64,000 nucleotides of DNA, from positions 128,001 to 192,000 of the forward strand of contig JAYFMW010000020.1 in the NCBI GenBank assembly GCA_042408215.1, read 5' to 3'. Of this stretch, positions 50,128 through 60,265 are shown piece by piece. Each line of letters starts with the position of its first letter. The first letter of the stretch is position 1. The stretch comes from Microcoleus sp. Its GTDB lineage: Bacteria > Cyanobacteriota > Cyanobacteriia > Cyanobacteriales > Microcoleaceae. The position numbers and the translations under genes were made by a program. The notes beneath the pieces were generated by a model. That model searched no databases. It had not been told where the DNA came from and saw only the letters and a list, made by a program, of their open reading frames with translations.

Positions 50128-50865
50128 CTAGAACTTCAAATCTAAAATCGGTTGGCGGCTGTGTATGGATAGCCAAAAATTCAGTATTTCTTCCCCAACT
50201 TGTTCTGGATAGAAGTGATGGAAAAAATGCCTACCGTCTTTACATTCCCAAAGCCGATCGCCTTTTTTCAGCAACTTCAGCCAGCGGCGCATCAGAATAG
50301 GAGATACTACAAAGTCTGTCTTGCTACTGCATAATAACAAAGGTACTTCGACACCCTCATCGGATAAATTGCTCATACTAAATAATGAATGAGGAGAAGG
50401 CGAAATTGCTAAATCCTCTTCAAAATATGATACAAATCTTGGATTGATATACTGATTTTGTTCTCCCAACATATCGCAAACCATTTGACTTAAAATTTGT
50501 TCGCGACTCCAAGTAAAAGCCGAAAGATGTGTATAGTAATGAGCTTGCCAATTAATATTAGATGGCAAGCCGACAGCTAAGAGTCCCAAAGAGCTTACTT
50601 TGTGAGGATAGCGGCGGGCATACATTAAACCAATTAGTCCGCTGGTACTGTGACCAATTAGATGAATTGGGCGATCGCGCAATTTTAAATAATGATGTAG
50701 TAGCTCAACAGCGACATCTAAAGAACAACCTTCATCTTCAGTTTGTTCGTATTCCCATATTTGGATTGGTATTGACTGATTTAAGTAGTTAAGGAGAGAG
50801 CGATCGAATAATTGCAAACTTGGACTGGCACTTAGCCATAGCACATCCTCTGAAGTAGATCTCAT
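50128..50865 (-). CDS. Alpha/beta hydrolase-fold protein, IsiC-like
   Basis: PIHLIGHSTSGLIG, GRHFFH; directly downstream of flavodoxin as in isiB-isiC operons. Confidence 0.78.
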   Translation of the reverse strand: MRSTSEDVLWLSASPSLQLFDRSLLNYLNQSIPIQIWEYEQTEDEGCSLDVAVELLHHYLKLRDRPIHLIGHSTSGLIGLMYARRYPHKVSSLGLLAVGLPSNINWQAHYYTHLSAFTWSREQILSQMVCDMLGEQNQYINPRFVSYFEEDLAISPSPHSLFSMSNLSDEGVEVPLLLCSSKTDFVVSPILMRRWLKLLKKGDRLWECKDGRHFFHHFYPEQVGEEILNFWLSIHSRQPILDLKF

Positions 50866-50939
50866 CAATTTTAAGTGGGAAATAAAGTTATTCAGAATTT
50901 ATATTGTGGGGCGGGCTAGAAACCCGCCCACCATTAATC

Positions 50940-51452
50940 TTAGAGCCCAAATTCTTTCTTGAGTTGAGAAACCCAAGATTTGACCCGCGCTTCCGTCATC
51001 TCAGATTGGTTGTCTTCATCGATCGCCAGACCCAAGAATTTGCCATTAACCACAGCCTTAGATTCACTAAAATCATAGCCTTCTACCGGCCAATAGCCAA
51101 CAGTTTCACCGCCCTTTTCCGTGATTTTTTCAGCCAAAATCCCCATTGCATCCATAAAATTATCCGGGTAGCCTTCTTGGTCGCCCGTTCCCAAATAAGC
51201 TACTTTTTTGCCACTAAAATCAATATTTTCGATTTCTGGGAAAAAGCCTTCCCAGTCACTTTGCAGTTCACCAATATTCCAAGTAGGACAGGCGATAATC
51301 AAACATTCGTATTCAGCAAAATCATCACTGTCAGCGCCGCCGATATCGTGCAAAGTTACAATGCTACCGCCAAATTCATCCCGAATCATGTCAGCGACAG
51401 ACTCAGTTTTGCCAGTTGTGGTTCCGTAAAAAAGACCAAGAGATTTAGACAT
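50940..51452 (-). CDS. isiB: Long-chain flavodoxin
   Basis: GLFYGTTTGKTE, IIACPTWNIGELQSDW, VAYLGTGDQEGYPDNF, GLAIDEDNQ. Confidence 0.96.
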   Translation of the reverse strand: MSKSLGLFYGTTTGKTESVADMIRDEFGGSIVTLHDIGGADSDDFAEYECLIIACPTWNIGELQSDWEGFFPEIENIDFSGKKVAYLGTGDQEGYPDNFMDAMGILAEKITEKGGETVGYWPVEGYDFSESKAVVNGKFLGLAIDEDNQSEMTEARVKSWVSQLKKEFGL

Positions 51453-51614
51453 TGTTACTCCGAAGGTGAAAGTTGACAGGGTTTGAGATTAATTTTTTTT
51501 GAATCAAGACTTGGCATTTCCAGCCGGCAATTCATACAAAAACAGTAGACGCGATTGTGGCGAACCTGAGAAATCAGGGAATCAAGACAGCAAGGGCACT
51601 GTTTTTTCATCTGC

Positions 51615-51947
51615 TTAAAATTGAAAATTCATTAACCAAGCTGACTCGCTCATATCGGGGTCTGCTTCGGAGTTAATGAGTAAAAGATTCAGCGTCGTTT
51701 CTGCTTTTAGAGTGCGCGGAATACCAGCGGGAATAAACACAAATACTCCCGGTTGTAAAGTAACTGTCCGATCGCCCACAGCCAGATTTCCCAGCCCTTC
51801 TAAGACGGCGATGGTTACATCTTGAGAATGATCGAGGTCGGGTATTTCTGAATTTGTACCCAAACCGATCAGTTTTTGGCTGTACGGGGCTTGTGTGTCG
51901 CAGGCGCGATCGGCAAACAAGGACACCATTGCTGCTGTTGCTGTCAC
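51615..51947 (-). CDS. Cupin-fold protein
   Basis: IAVLEGLGNLAVGDRTVTLQPGVFVFIPAGIPRTLKA; canonical metal His residues appear lost. Confidence 0.7.
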   Translation of the reverse strand: MTATAAMVSLFADRACDTQAPYSQKLIGLGTNSEIPDLDHSQDVTIAVLEGLGNLAVGDRTVTLQPGVFVFIPAGIPRTLKAETTLNLLLINSEADPDMSESAWLMNFQF

Positions 51948-51981
51948 GGTGATTGACCTCCAGGTACTGTTAACTTCCGGT

Positions 51982-52008
51982 ACTTATTGCAATTAATAAT
52001 CAATAAGT
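51982..52008 (-). promoter_or_regulatory. Putative Fur box upstream of cupin-isiB-isiC-like operon
   Basis: ACTTATTG-CAATTAATAAT-CAATAAGT palindrome; iron-stress genes downstream. Confidence 0.7.
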
Positions 52009-52470
52009 TACCATATAATTTAGCTAAATTGTCAAAAGCATAACATTAAGTTTTGTTACAATCAGCTATGTATCTGGGTTTACAAGCAGCGATTGCAGCC
52101 CAGACTTGATGCGGGTGGTAATTTTCGATAAAAAAATTACGGTGGGGGCGATCGTGCCCACCGCAGAATACTTGCTAAGAATTTTCAGTTATAGCAGTCG
52201 CGAAGGCGCTTTGGTTATCGTTCCCTGAGCGGAGTCGAAGGGCAGGATAAACGCAGTCGAAGGGTTTAATGACCATAATGCCTTAACAGCCTTGGCGGTT
52301 GCTATATTTCTAAAAAATGTTATTAGTTATTGGTTATTGGCAGCAGCTAAAAAACAACAAGTAACCAATAATATCAAATCCATTGGTATCAGAATTCTTC
52401 ATTTCTCTCTTCTCTGACTCTGCGCCCTCTGTGCCCTCTGCGGTTAAAAATAAAACAAAGGAGAAAAGCC

Positions 52471-52737
52471 ATGATTTTAAGCGACATCCAAAAATTTATT
52501 GCTGACAACAAAAGAGCCTCCATCGCCGATCTAAAAATCCACTTACCCATGGATGGCGACGCCTTGCGCGGAATGCTAAACCGCCTAATTCGCAAAGGCC
52601 GAATCAGTAAAATGGAAGAAGCCAAAAAGTGCGGCGGATGTCACAGTTGCGGAGACGATGCAACCGAGATTTATGTATGGGTAAATCCAGGCGAGTCGGT
52701 GTCAGCAAAAGAGCAGGTTTCTTCAACTTGCCATTAA
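52471..52737 (+). CDS. feoC: Second, near-identical FeoC-like copy
   Basis: Differs from 47029-47295 at three residues (HLPM vs HFRM, GML vs GIL). Confidence 0.88.
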   Translation: MILSDIQKFIADNKRASIADLKIHLPMDGDALRGMLNRLIRKGRISKMEEAKKCGGCHSCGDDATEIYVWVNPGESVSAKEQVSSTCH

Positions 52738-52965
52738 ATGATAAGTAAGCCCACCTCAAAAACAGAATACTAATCAAACCCGGAGATCCCCCCTAACCCC
52801 CCTTAATAAGGGGGGACAAGATTATTCTCAAAGTCCCCCTTCTTAAGGGGGATTTAGGGGGATCTAGACTCGACTAAAAGCGACATTTATTATGGGCTTC
52901 AGTCTTAGTTGTCACCAATGGGCTTACTTAACAACTTTAGTGAAATTAGTATATGATTTTATTAA

Positions 52966-52989
52966 ACATCTGAAGATATGTTCAGTAAT
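52966..52989 (+). promoter_or_regulatory. Putative SmtB/ZiaR (ArsR-family) operator
   Basis: ACATCTGAA-GATATG-TTCAGTAAT with core CTGAA-N6-TTCAG upstream of the ATPase. Confidence 0.65.
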
Positions 52990-53027
52990 AGTGATAATCA
53001 TTCTAAAATCTCAAAAGGATACTGTTG

Positions 53028-55256
53028 ATGACTCCAACTTCTCCTCTCAAAACCCTACAAACTAAAATTGGCGGCATGGATTGCGGCAACTGTGCCAAAA
53101 CCGTAGAAGCGGGCCTGCAAAAGTTACCGGGAGTTACCGATATTAATGTAGTTTTTACAACAGAAAGCTTACGGTTAAATTATGACCCGCAGCAAGTAAG
53201 CGAAAAAGCAATTTTCGATCGCATTAAAACTTTGGGCTACACTATTGAACAGACTGTAGCAGCAATACCACCATCGGAGGATTCCTGTTGTTCACAGGAA
53301 CAGGAACAGGAACACCAGCAGCATCATCATCACCAGCATTCAACAGTCCAGAAAACTCAAAAGACAAATCCAACTAACTGGGAATTCTGGATTCGCAATC
53401 GCCGGGGACAGACTGTAATTTTAGCAGGATTGGGATTAGTTCTGGGATTGCTAACTCAGCATTTAGCACTGCCAATTTTGCTGTCGCGGGGTTTTTACGG
53501 TATCGGTATTATTGTAGCCGGATTTGCGATCGCCCGCGCCGGTCTGATGGAGTTGCGGTTGCGGCGCGCTGACATGAACCTGTTGATGACAATTTCGGTA
53601 ATTGGTGCGGTGATTTTAGGCGATTGGTTTGAAGCGGCGCTGGTTGTATTTCTGTTTAGTTTGGGAACAACTTTGCAAACTTTCACTTTCAGCCGCACTC
53701 GCAATGCTATTGCTAGTTTAATGGATATAACACCTGCGACGGCAACTGTCAAGCGCGACAATAATCAGGAAGTAACGGTGCGCGTCGAGGAAATTCAAGT
53801 AGGAGAAATTCTGACAATTCGTCCCGGACAAAAGGTGGCTTTAGATGGTATAGTTGTATCGGGAAATTCTGCGATCGACCAATCCCCAATTACGGGAGAA
53901 TCTATCCCGGAAGATAAGGAAAAGGGCGATCGGGTTTTTGCGGGAACGTTAAATCAAACTGGCTTTTTGGAAGTTCAAGTCACCCACACTGCTAATGATA
54001 CCACGGTTGCTAAAATTGTTCATTTAGTCGAATCAGCCCAATCCAGCCGCGCCCCGACTCAGCAGTGGGTGGATAAGTTTGCAGAAATTTATACTCCAAT
54101 TGTGATAGTAAGTGCGATCGCCCTAACTGTAATTGGGCCCTTAATTTTTGCCCAGCCGTTCAATGTTTGGTTTTACCGGGCGCTGGTAATGTTAGTCATA
54201 GCCTGTCCTTGCGCCTTAGTAATTTCTACTCCAGTTTCTATTGTCAGCGCCATTGGTGCAGCCACCAGTCAAGGTGTTTTGTTCAAGGGTGGAAATGGGC
54301 TAGAAACTGCTGGAAAACTCCAGAGTATTGCTTTTGATAAAACCGGAACTTTGACTCAAGGAAAACCTACGGTAAAAAAGGTGTACGATCTGGGAGAATT
54401 GAGCGCAAGTGCGGTATTATTGATTGCAGCTTGTTTGGAAAGGCGATCGGAACATCCTTTAGCTAAGGCAATTGTTGCCCAAGCTGAAGCCCAGGGAATT
54501 GAGTTAGAAACTCCTGAAAGTTTTACGGCTTATCCAGGTAAAGGAATTAGCGGAAAGTTTGGCAACAACCTTTATTTGGCGGGCAATCGGCGGTTATTTG
54601 TAGACCTAAAGATGGCACTTTCAGCATCAACATTATCTCTTTTAGATGACATAGAAAAGTTAGGACAAACTCCTGTTTTGGTAGGAGGCGATCGCGGTTT
54701 ATTAGGAATCATTGCTTTGGCTGACGGCTTGCGGCTAGAAGCTGGGGAGGCAGTACATTTGCTCAAACAGATGGGGCTGAAGCGACTGGTAATGCTCACG
54801 GGCGATCGAACTGTTGTGGCAGCCCAAATAGCTGAACAGCTCAACCTATCTGAGTATAAAGCAGAACTGCTCCCAGAAGACAAACTGCAAGAGATTCAAC
54901 AATTACGCAGTTTTGGGGCTGTAGGGATGGTGGGCGACGGAATAAACGATGCCCCAGCTTTAGCAGCCGCCGATATTAGCTTTGCAGTTGGCGGCATTGA
55001 TATGGCACTAGAAACCGCCGATGTGGTGCTAGTTGGTAGCGACTTAAGAAAACTCGCCTATGCAGTTGATTTGAGCCGCCGCACTGTAGCTGTAATTCGG
55101 CAGAATGTGATTTTTTCCTTAGTCACAAAAGCGCTGTTTTTGTTATTGGGAACTTTTGGATTTGTCGGGTTAGCAGTTGCAGTTATTGCAGATACGGGAA
55201 CATCCTTAATTGTGACAGCAAATGGAATGCGGTTGTTTCGCTCCAAGTTGAATTAG
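53028..55256 (+). CDS. Heavy-metal-translocating P1B-type ATPase (Zn/Cd, ZiaA/CadA-like)
   Basis: HMA GMDCGNC, His-rich linker, TGES, CPC, DKTGT, SEHPLA, GDGINDAPALA. Confidence 0.95.
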   Translation: MTPTSPLKTLQTKIGGMDCGNCAKTVEAGLQKLPGVTDINVVFTTESLRLNYDPQQVSEKAIFDRIKTLGYTIEQTVAAIPPSEDSCCSQEQEQEHQQHHHHQHSTVQKTQKTNPTNWEFWIRNRRGQTVILAGLGLVLGLLTQHLALPILLSRGFYGIGIIVAGFAIARAGLMELRLRRADMNLLMTISVIGAVILGDWFEAALVVFLFSLGTTLQTFTFSRTRNAIASLMDITPATATVKRDNNQEVTVRVEEIQVGEILTIRPGQKVALDGIVVSGNSAIDQSPITGESIPEDKEKGDRVFAGTLNQTGFLEVQVTHTANDTTVAKIVHLVESAQSSRAPTQQWVDKFAEIYTPIVIVSAIALTVIGPLIFAQPFNVWFYRALVMLVIACPCALVISTPVSIVSAIGAATSQGVLFKGGNGLETAGKLQSIAFDKTGTLTQGKPTVKKVYDLGELSASAVLLIAACLERRSEHPLAKAIVAQAEAQGIELETPESFTAYPGKGISGKFGNNLYLAGNRRLFVDLKMALSASTLSLLDDIEKLGQTPVLVGGDRGLLGIIALADGLRLEAGEAVHLLKQMGLKRLVMLTGDRTVVAAQIAEQLNLSEYKAELLPEDKLQEIQQLRSFGAVGMVGDGINDAPALAAADISFAVGGIDMALETADVVLVGSDLRKLAYAVDLSRRTVAVIRQNVIFSLVTKALFLLLGTFGFVGLAVAVIADTGTSLIVTANGMRLFRSKLN

Positions 55257-55383
55257 TAGTAATCCCAAATCCGGCTTAAATATCCTCCTTATTTCTTAGT
55301 CTCGCGTTGCACGGACTTTGTTTGTGTAGTAGCGATTGCAATCGCCGAATAATCGAGGGGATAACGAACCCGGACTTGGTATC

Positions 55384-55789
55384 AGTCATCAGTCAATAGT
55401 CATCAGTCATCAGTCATCAGTCAATAGTCATTAGTCAATAGTCATCAGTCATCAGTCATCAGTCAATAGTCATCAGTCATCAGTCATCAGTCAATAGTCA
55501 TCAGTCATCAGTCATTAGTCATCAGTCATTAGTCATCAGTCATCAGTCAATAGTCATCAGTCATCAGTCAATAGTCATCAGTCATTAGTCATAAGTCATC
55601 AGTCAATAGTCATCAGTCAACAGTCATCAGTCAATAGTCATCAGTCATCAGTCAATAGTCATCAGTCAACAGTCATCAGTCAATAGTCATCAGTCAATAG
55701 TCATCAGTCAATAGTCAACAGTCATCAGTCAATAGTCATCAGTCAATAGTCATCAGTCATCAGTCAATAGTCATCAGTCAACAGTCAAC
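55384..55789. repeat. Long heptamer STRR array (~58 units, AGTCATC/AGTCAAT/AGTCATT/AGTCAAC)
   Basis: 406 bp of tandem AGTCAnn between convergent genes. Confidence 0.95.
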
Positions 55790-55799
55790 AATTAACACA

Positions 55800-56657
55800 C
55801 TAATTCTTTGCTCCCACGCCAACATACATAATCGAAGTATCCTGATTAATTTTGATTTTAAACAACCCAGATTTTTTGTAATCAACATAGTTAGCGATAT
55901 TAGATGTTAAGGTTTGAGATGCTTGTTTGAGAAGATCGGCGTCTGGGAATAGCTGCTTTCCCCCCATCAAATTTCCCCAAAAACTGTTTAATTCAGTTAA
56001 AAGAGCGCCAATTTCTCCAAACACATCAAAACCTTTAATTTCAATATTGCCAAAACCGGTATCACCCATTACCACAGACAGTTCCTCCGGCGTAATAAAC
56101 TTGTCCCAATCGTGAACGCCCCGCTTAATTTCCTGCAAGATGTTTTCCATCAGCCCAATCATCACAACTTGCGAGGAAAAAGTTCGATTAATCGTATCAA
56201 AAAAGAACAATCCCCCAGGCTTGAGAATTCTGTGAACCTCTGAGACAACCTGTTTGTAATCGGCAACGTGTTCTAAAACATCTACGCAGATTACCACATC
56301 AAAGGTATTATCATCGTAGGGCATATTTTCCGCAAAACCTTGCCTGTAGTCAATCTCAAAACCGCTAATCACTGCATGATTTATAGCTGCTTGAACGCAC
56401 TTCTGGGATTGGTCTATTCCAGAAACAATCGCGCCTCTCTCGGCCATAAATTCGCTGGAAAAGCCGCCGCCGCACCCGACATCTAAGGTTTTTAGCCCTC
56501 GCCAATTTGTCGCGTGTCTGTCGAAAAACTCAAATCTGGGTTTATTGAGATGGTAGAGAGCATAGATTTTGGATTTTTCGTCCCACCAATTATCGGCATT
56601 TTCGTCGTAAAATTCTAAATCATTTTTTACTTCTGTTTTTACCATGCTTTTTTCCAT
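55800..56657 (-). CDS. UbiG-like class I SAM O-methyltransferase
   Basis: NDLEFY...WWD...LYHLNKPRF, LDVGCGGG, FDVVICVDVLEHV, LKPGG.FFFDTINR, HDWDKFITP; start ATG 56657 or 56645. Confidence 0.85.
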   Translation of the reverse strand: MEKSMVKTEVKNDLEFYDENADNWWDEKSKIYALYHLNKPRFEFFDRHATNWRGLKTLDVGCGGGFSSEFMAERGAIVSGIDQSQKCVQAAINHAVISGFEIDYRQGFAENMPYDDNTFDVVICVDVLEHVADYKQVVSEVHRILKPGGLFFFDTINRTFSSQVVMIGLMENILQEIKRGVHDWDKFITPEELSVVMGDTGFGNIEIKGFDVFGEIGALLTELNSFWGNLMGGKQLFPDADLLKQASQTLTSNIANYVDYKKSGLFKIKINQDTSIMYVGVGAKN

Positions 56658-56671
56658 CCTAGTTAGAACAA

Positions 56672-56835
56672 TAGGACTTACGCACGGGTGGTCAGAAACC
56701 GGGTTTTTCCGAGAAAACTTCGTTACAGTCGGCAAAAATGGGTGGTCAGAAACCGGGTTTTTCCGAGAAAACTTCGTTACAGTCGGCAAAAATGGCAAAA
56801 ACCCGGTTTATGCAGGTTTTGATGCGTAAGTCCTA
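56672..56835. mobile_element. MITE with 13-bp TIRs, 5-bp flanking duplication and internal 54-bp tandem duplication
   Basis: TAGGACTTACGCA...TGCGTAAGTCCTA; AACAA on both sides (56667-71, 56836-40); duplicated unit starts at 56686 and 56740. Confidence 0.8.
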
Positions 56836-56897
56836 AACAATATAGCTTTGCTTCACGCATTTTTGATTATAATACCTTTGGCCTAAATTTCAACCAG

Positions 56898-57653
56898 ATG
56901 AATCGCGTTTCTATTATTATTCCGACTCTGAACGAAGCGACTTGTCTGGAACGTACCCTCCTTCAACTCAGCATTCTCAATCCTCCTGCTTGGGAGGTTT
57001 TGGTGGTAGATGGCGGTAGTCAAGACGAAACAGTGGCGATTCCCTACGGGATAGCTGCGCTTCACGCCCTCACCTCCCAAACCCGTGTTATTTCTAGCAC
57101 TATACCGGGACGTTCCGTACAAATGAACCTAGGTGCACAAACCGCCACCGGCGAAATTCTTTGCTTTCTCCACGCCGATACTTTAGTACCAGACGACATT
57201 GTAGCAGTCATGCAGCAAACACTGTCCGATCCCAAAATTGTCGGTGGCGGATTTATCTCCCTGATGGCTGGTTCCCAGCAAACAAGATGGGGTTTTTCGC
57301 TGCACAATTACCTGAAAACTTATTACGCGCCGCTATTATTTCGCCCTCATTTATTTGTCAAAGGATTGCGGTTGCTATTTGGGGATCAAGTGATTTTTTG
57401 CCGTCGTACAGACTTTTTAGAATGCGATGGTTTTGATGCAGAACTGCCAATTATGGAGGAAGCTGATTTGTGTTTGAAGTTGGTAAGACGGGGTAAGATT
57501 AAGTTAGTAAATAGGATAGTCGAAAGTAGCGATCGGCGGGTTGCTTCTTGGGGCGAATTTAAGGCAATTGCTATCTATCTTTCTATTGGTTTTCTGTGGG
57601 GTTTTGGGGTTTCTGGGAGGTATCTCAAGCAATTTTATGAAGATATTCGCTGA
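56898..57653 (+). CDS. GT2 glycosyltransferase, TIGR04283-like
   Basis: VSIIIPTLNEA, VVDGGSQD, GRSVQMNLGA, FLHADT, FGDQVIF, PIMEEADL, SSDRR. Confidence 0.88.
   Translation: MNRVSIIIPTLNEATCLERTLLQLSILNPPAWEVLVVDGGSQDETVAIPYGIAALHALTSQTRVISSTIPGRSVQMNLGAQTATGEILCFLHADTLVPDDIVAVMQQTLSDPKIVGGGFISLMAGSQQTRWGFSLHNYLKTYYAPLLFRPHLFVKGLRLLFGDQVIFCRRTDFLECDGFDAELPIMEEADLCLKLVRRGKIKLVNRIVESSDRRVASWGEFKAIAIYLSIGFLWGFGVSGRYLKQFYEDIR
57041..57064 (+). mobile_element. 24-nt SDR5-like double-hairpin insertion within a HIP1 site (in-frame)
   Basis: GCGAT|TCCCTACGGGATAGCTGCGCTTCA|CGC; removal restores GCGATCGC and ETVAIALTSQ. Confidence 0.8.
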
Positions 57654-57667
57654 AGAATCAACTCCGA

Positions 57668-58720
57668 TTAAACACCCAGAATGTACTGGCTGTACTTCTT
57701 GGGCAAAACTTTTTGCAGCAGGTAAATAATCGCCAAACAAACCAGCAAAGTCACGGTAACTATAAAGGCCAGCTTGATTAGGGGATCGCCTGGGTCAAAA
57801 ATCTTATAAAACACTAAAAGAACATACTGCACTACTGCTGGATCCAGCAGGTATATAGGGAATGAATAAGCAGCCAATATCTTGATTAACCCAGATACTC
57901 TACTGGGAAGTCTGATACTTTTAGAAAATGCGAGAATCGACAATACGAATAAAATTGCGTATCCTTGAGCTGATATTTTAAAAAATGCTCTGGCAAACCA
58001 TCCATTATCATTAACTGCATAGAGCGAGTAATTTTCCCAAATACTAGCTAGATAGAACAAGACAGTTACTGCTAAAACTGGTATTTTTATGCGTTGCAGA
58101 GCTGCTTGGATTCTGTCATAGGAGCCGCCCAGAATTAAACCTGTTGAAAATGGCAAAATCCAACTAAAAATCCACCGTTCCATCAAGGGTAGAGGTATTG
58201 AAATGTATTTGAGAGCTGTTAAGTAAAAGAGGATTGTATAAATTATTTGAATTGTCAAACCCAAAGCTAAAATTTTTCGGGTTTCTAAAAAATTAAATTT
58301 AACTAAGAGCCACCACCACAAATAGCATTGAACAATCACAACTATAAAGTAATAGGGTGGCTTTACTGAGCCTGTCAGCACATCTATGACTAATGCCAAT
58401 AAATCCAATTTGTTGAGGTTTTCTAAATTATTTAAGATGTACAAAACTACCGACCAAAATAGATATGGAGGTATAATTCTTGACAGTCTTTTCTTTAATA
58501 TCAGTGTGGGATTATTTTGATTTTCCAGTTTGTTGGTCAGAAAAAAACCGCTCAGCATTAAAAATGCTGGTACGCAGAAAAGCTGGAGTGTATCGATCGC
58601 AATAAATAGAATTCTGCGATCGGTAAATGCCAAGAATCCAGCATGAGTAATCACAACACTTACGATCGCCAAAGCTCGGATTAAATCAAATTCCGCGAAC
58701 CGATTAGGAGCTGTTTGCAT
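57668..58720 (-). CDS. Acyltransferase family 3 membrane protein
   Basis: FDLIRALAIVSVVITH, FCVPAFLMLSGFF, KKRLSRIIPPYLFWS, YSFPIYL. Confidence 0.9.
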   Translation of the reverse strand: MQTAPNRFAEFDLIRALAIVSVVITHAGFLAFTDRRILFIAIDTLQLFCVPAFLMLSGFFLTNKLENQNNPTLILKKRLSRIIPPYLFWSVVLYILNNLENLNKLDLLALVIDVLTGSVKPPYYFIVVIVQCYLWWWLLVKFNFLETRKILALGLTIQIIYTILFYLTALKYISIPLPLMERWIFSWILPFSTGLILGGSYDRIQAALQRIKIPVLAVTVLFYLASIWENYSLYAVNDNGWFARAFFKISAQGYAILFVLSILAFSKSIRLPSRVSGLIKILAAYSFPIYLLDPAVVQYVLLVFYKIFDPGDPLIKLAFIVTVTLLVCLAIIYLLQKVLPKKYSQYILGV

Positions 58721-59014
58721 GGTAAAAATTAGATTGTAAAAATTTGAGTCAGATTCGGAAATATAGCAGAAGTCCGATGGAAGTCGGAAGAAGATCGATG
58801 TGGAAATGCAGCCACAGTAAGAGTTTCAGCTATCAAGAATGCGATGCACGATCGCCCAGTCCAAGTGTCCTAACCGTCTTGGCGGTTGCTATATTAAAGT
58901 TGTTTTTAGTAAGGACTTTAGTCCTGATGATTGAAAACTATGAGGAATTCAGTCCTCACTACAAACGATGTATAGCGACGAAATTAGTTAACAATTAGTT
59001 ACCGTTTCTGCGAT

Positions 59015-59680
59015 CTATTGTCCAGAAACACTATCTAACCGATCGCGCCCATTGCGAACTACTCGCAGCATATCGCTCAGCTTATGCTCGATATTGTCCA
59101 ACATTTGGTCGGCGTAGTCGTCGGCTCCGTTTTGAATTTCCTCGCATTCAGCCATCGCCCTCGCTCTCATCTCTGCCAATTCCTCTTGAGCCTGGTAGCG
59201 AATTTGTTCAACTTCCGCCAGCGTCGCCTGCTGAATTGCTTCGCAGTCGAGCAAAACTTGCTGTCGCAACTGATCGGCTTCTACCTTCGCCTGTTGGATC
59301 AGGCCCATATCGTTTAAAAGCTCTGCCGCTCGCAGCTCTGCGGCTTCTACGACTTTAGTCGCGTACAGTTCGGCTTCTTGAAGCAAGTCGTCTTTGTGTC
59401 GGATAATCAGCTCGGCTTCCTGAAAGGCGATCGGCAAATTCAGCCTCACCAAGTCTAACTGGTCGAGCAACTGTTCTTCATCCACCAGAGTGCGTCTAGT
59501 CATGGGAATTCGCGGACTGTCGAGAACAATTTCCTCAAGTCGGTTCAATTCCCGCTGGATGTCTACTCCTGTGGTTCTGGTGTCGTCTCCGAAGGCGGCT
59601 GGGTGCTGAGGTGGTTCGTGCTCAGTGCTGCGTCCGGTGCTGTCTGGTTCGATGCGAGTTGGTTCCTGCTGGCGTAACAT
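59015..59680 (-). CDS. cdv3: DivIVA-like coiled-coil cell-division protein (Cdv3-like)
   Basis: [15 protein letters not shown]...[13 protein letters not shown]...GADDYAD...VVRNGR; downstream of coaD. Confidence 0.78.
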   Translation of the reverse strand: MLRQQEPTRIEPDSTGRSTEHEPPQHPAAFGDDTRTTGVDIQRELNRLEEIVLDSPRIPMTRRTLVDEEQLLDQLDLVRLNLPIAFQEAELIIRHKDDLLQEAELYATKVVEAAELRAAELLNDMGLIQQAKVEADQLRQQVLLDCEAIQQATLAEVEQIRYQAQEELAEMRARAMAECEEIQNGADDYADQMLDNIEHKLSDMLRVVRNGRDRLDSVSGQ

Positions 59681-60141
59681 TTGTAAATATCTAGAGCGAC
59701 GTGTTTCGGAACAAGATGATCTACGGAGCCTCCAAACTTGGCTATTTCCTTAACTACACTACTACTTAAAAAGCTGTATTCGTTAGAAGTAGCCAAAAAG
59801 ACTGTTTCAATTTCACCCAACAGGGTTTTATTGGTGTGGGCCATCTGGAGTTCCATTTCAAAGTCTGTTAATACTCGCAGCCCCCGCAGCAGCACTTTGG
59901 CTTGTCGAATTTTAGCATAGTTTACTGTCAAACCCTCAAAACTGTCTACTTCTACGTTTTGTAAGTGTTGGGTGGAGCGCAGGATCTGCTCGATTCGTTC
60001 CTCTACGGTAAATAGAGGGATTTTGCTGGGATTTCGGACTATGGTCACGATGACCCGATCGAATAGTTTACAGCCCCTCTCGATGATGTCTACGTGACCG
60101 AAAGTAATGGGGTCAAAGCTGCCTGGATAGATTGCAATCAC
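59563..60141 (-). CDS. coaD: Phosphopantetheine adenylyltransferase
   Basis: [35 protein letters not shown]. Confidence 0.97.
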   Translation of the reverse strand: MIAIYPGSFDPITFGHVDIIERGCKLFDRVIVTIVRNPSKIPLFTVEERIEQILRSTQHLQNVEVDSFEGLTVNYAKIRQAKVLLRGLRVLTDFEMELQMAHTNKTLLGEIETVFLATSNEYSFLSSSVVKEIAKFGGSVDHLVPKHVALDIYKCYASRNQLASNQTAPDAALSTNHLSTQPPSETTPEPQE

Positions 60142-60265
60142 GAGTTTAGCCCTAGGGAGAGGGGGAGTGGGGGAACATGGGGAGAGTGGGAGTGGGGGAA
60201 CATGGGGAGAGTGGGGAGATGTGGAAAATCTTCACATCGATCCTGTTCCTTCTTCCTTCTTCCTT

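Noticed and set aside
56658..56798. N-terminal extension of the UbiG-like ORF (MPFLPTVTKFSRKNPVSDHP x2)
   Set aside because: Read-through of the MITE's 54-bp duplication; the true start is ATG 56657 or 56645
59563..59680. 118-bp overlap between coaD and cdv3-like gene as a frameshift
   Set aside because: Both proteins look complete and the overlap encodes low-complexity tails; coaD next to this gene is a usual cyanobacterial arrangement
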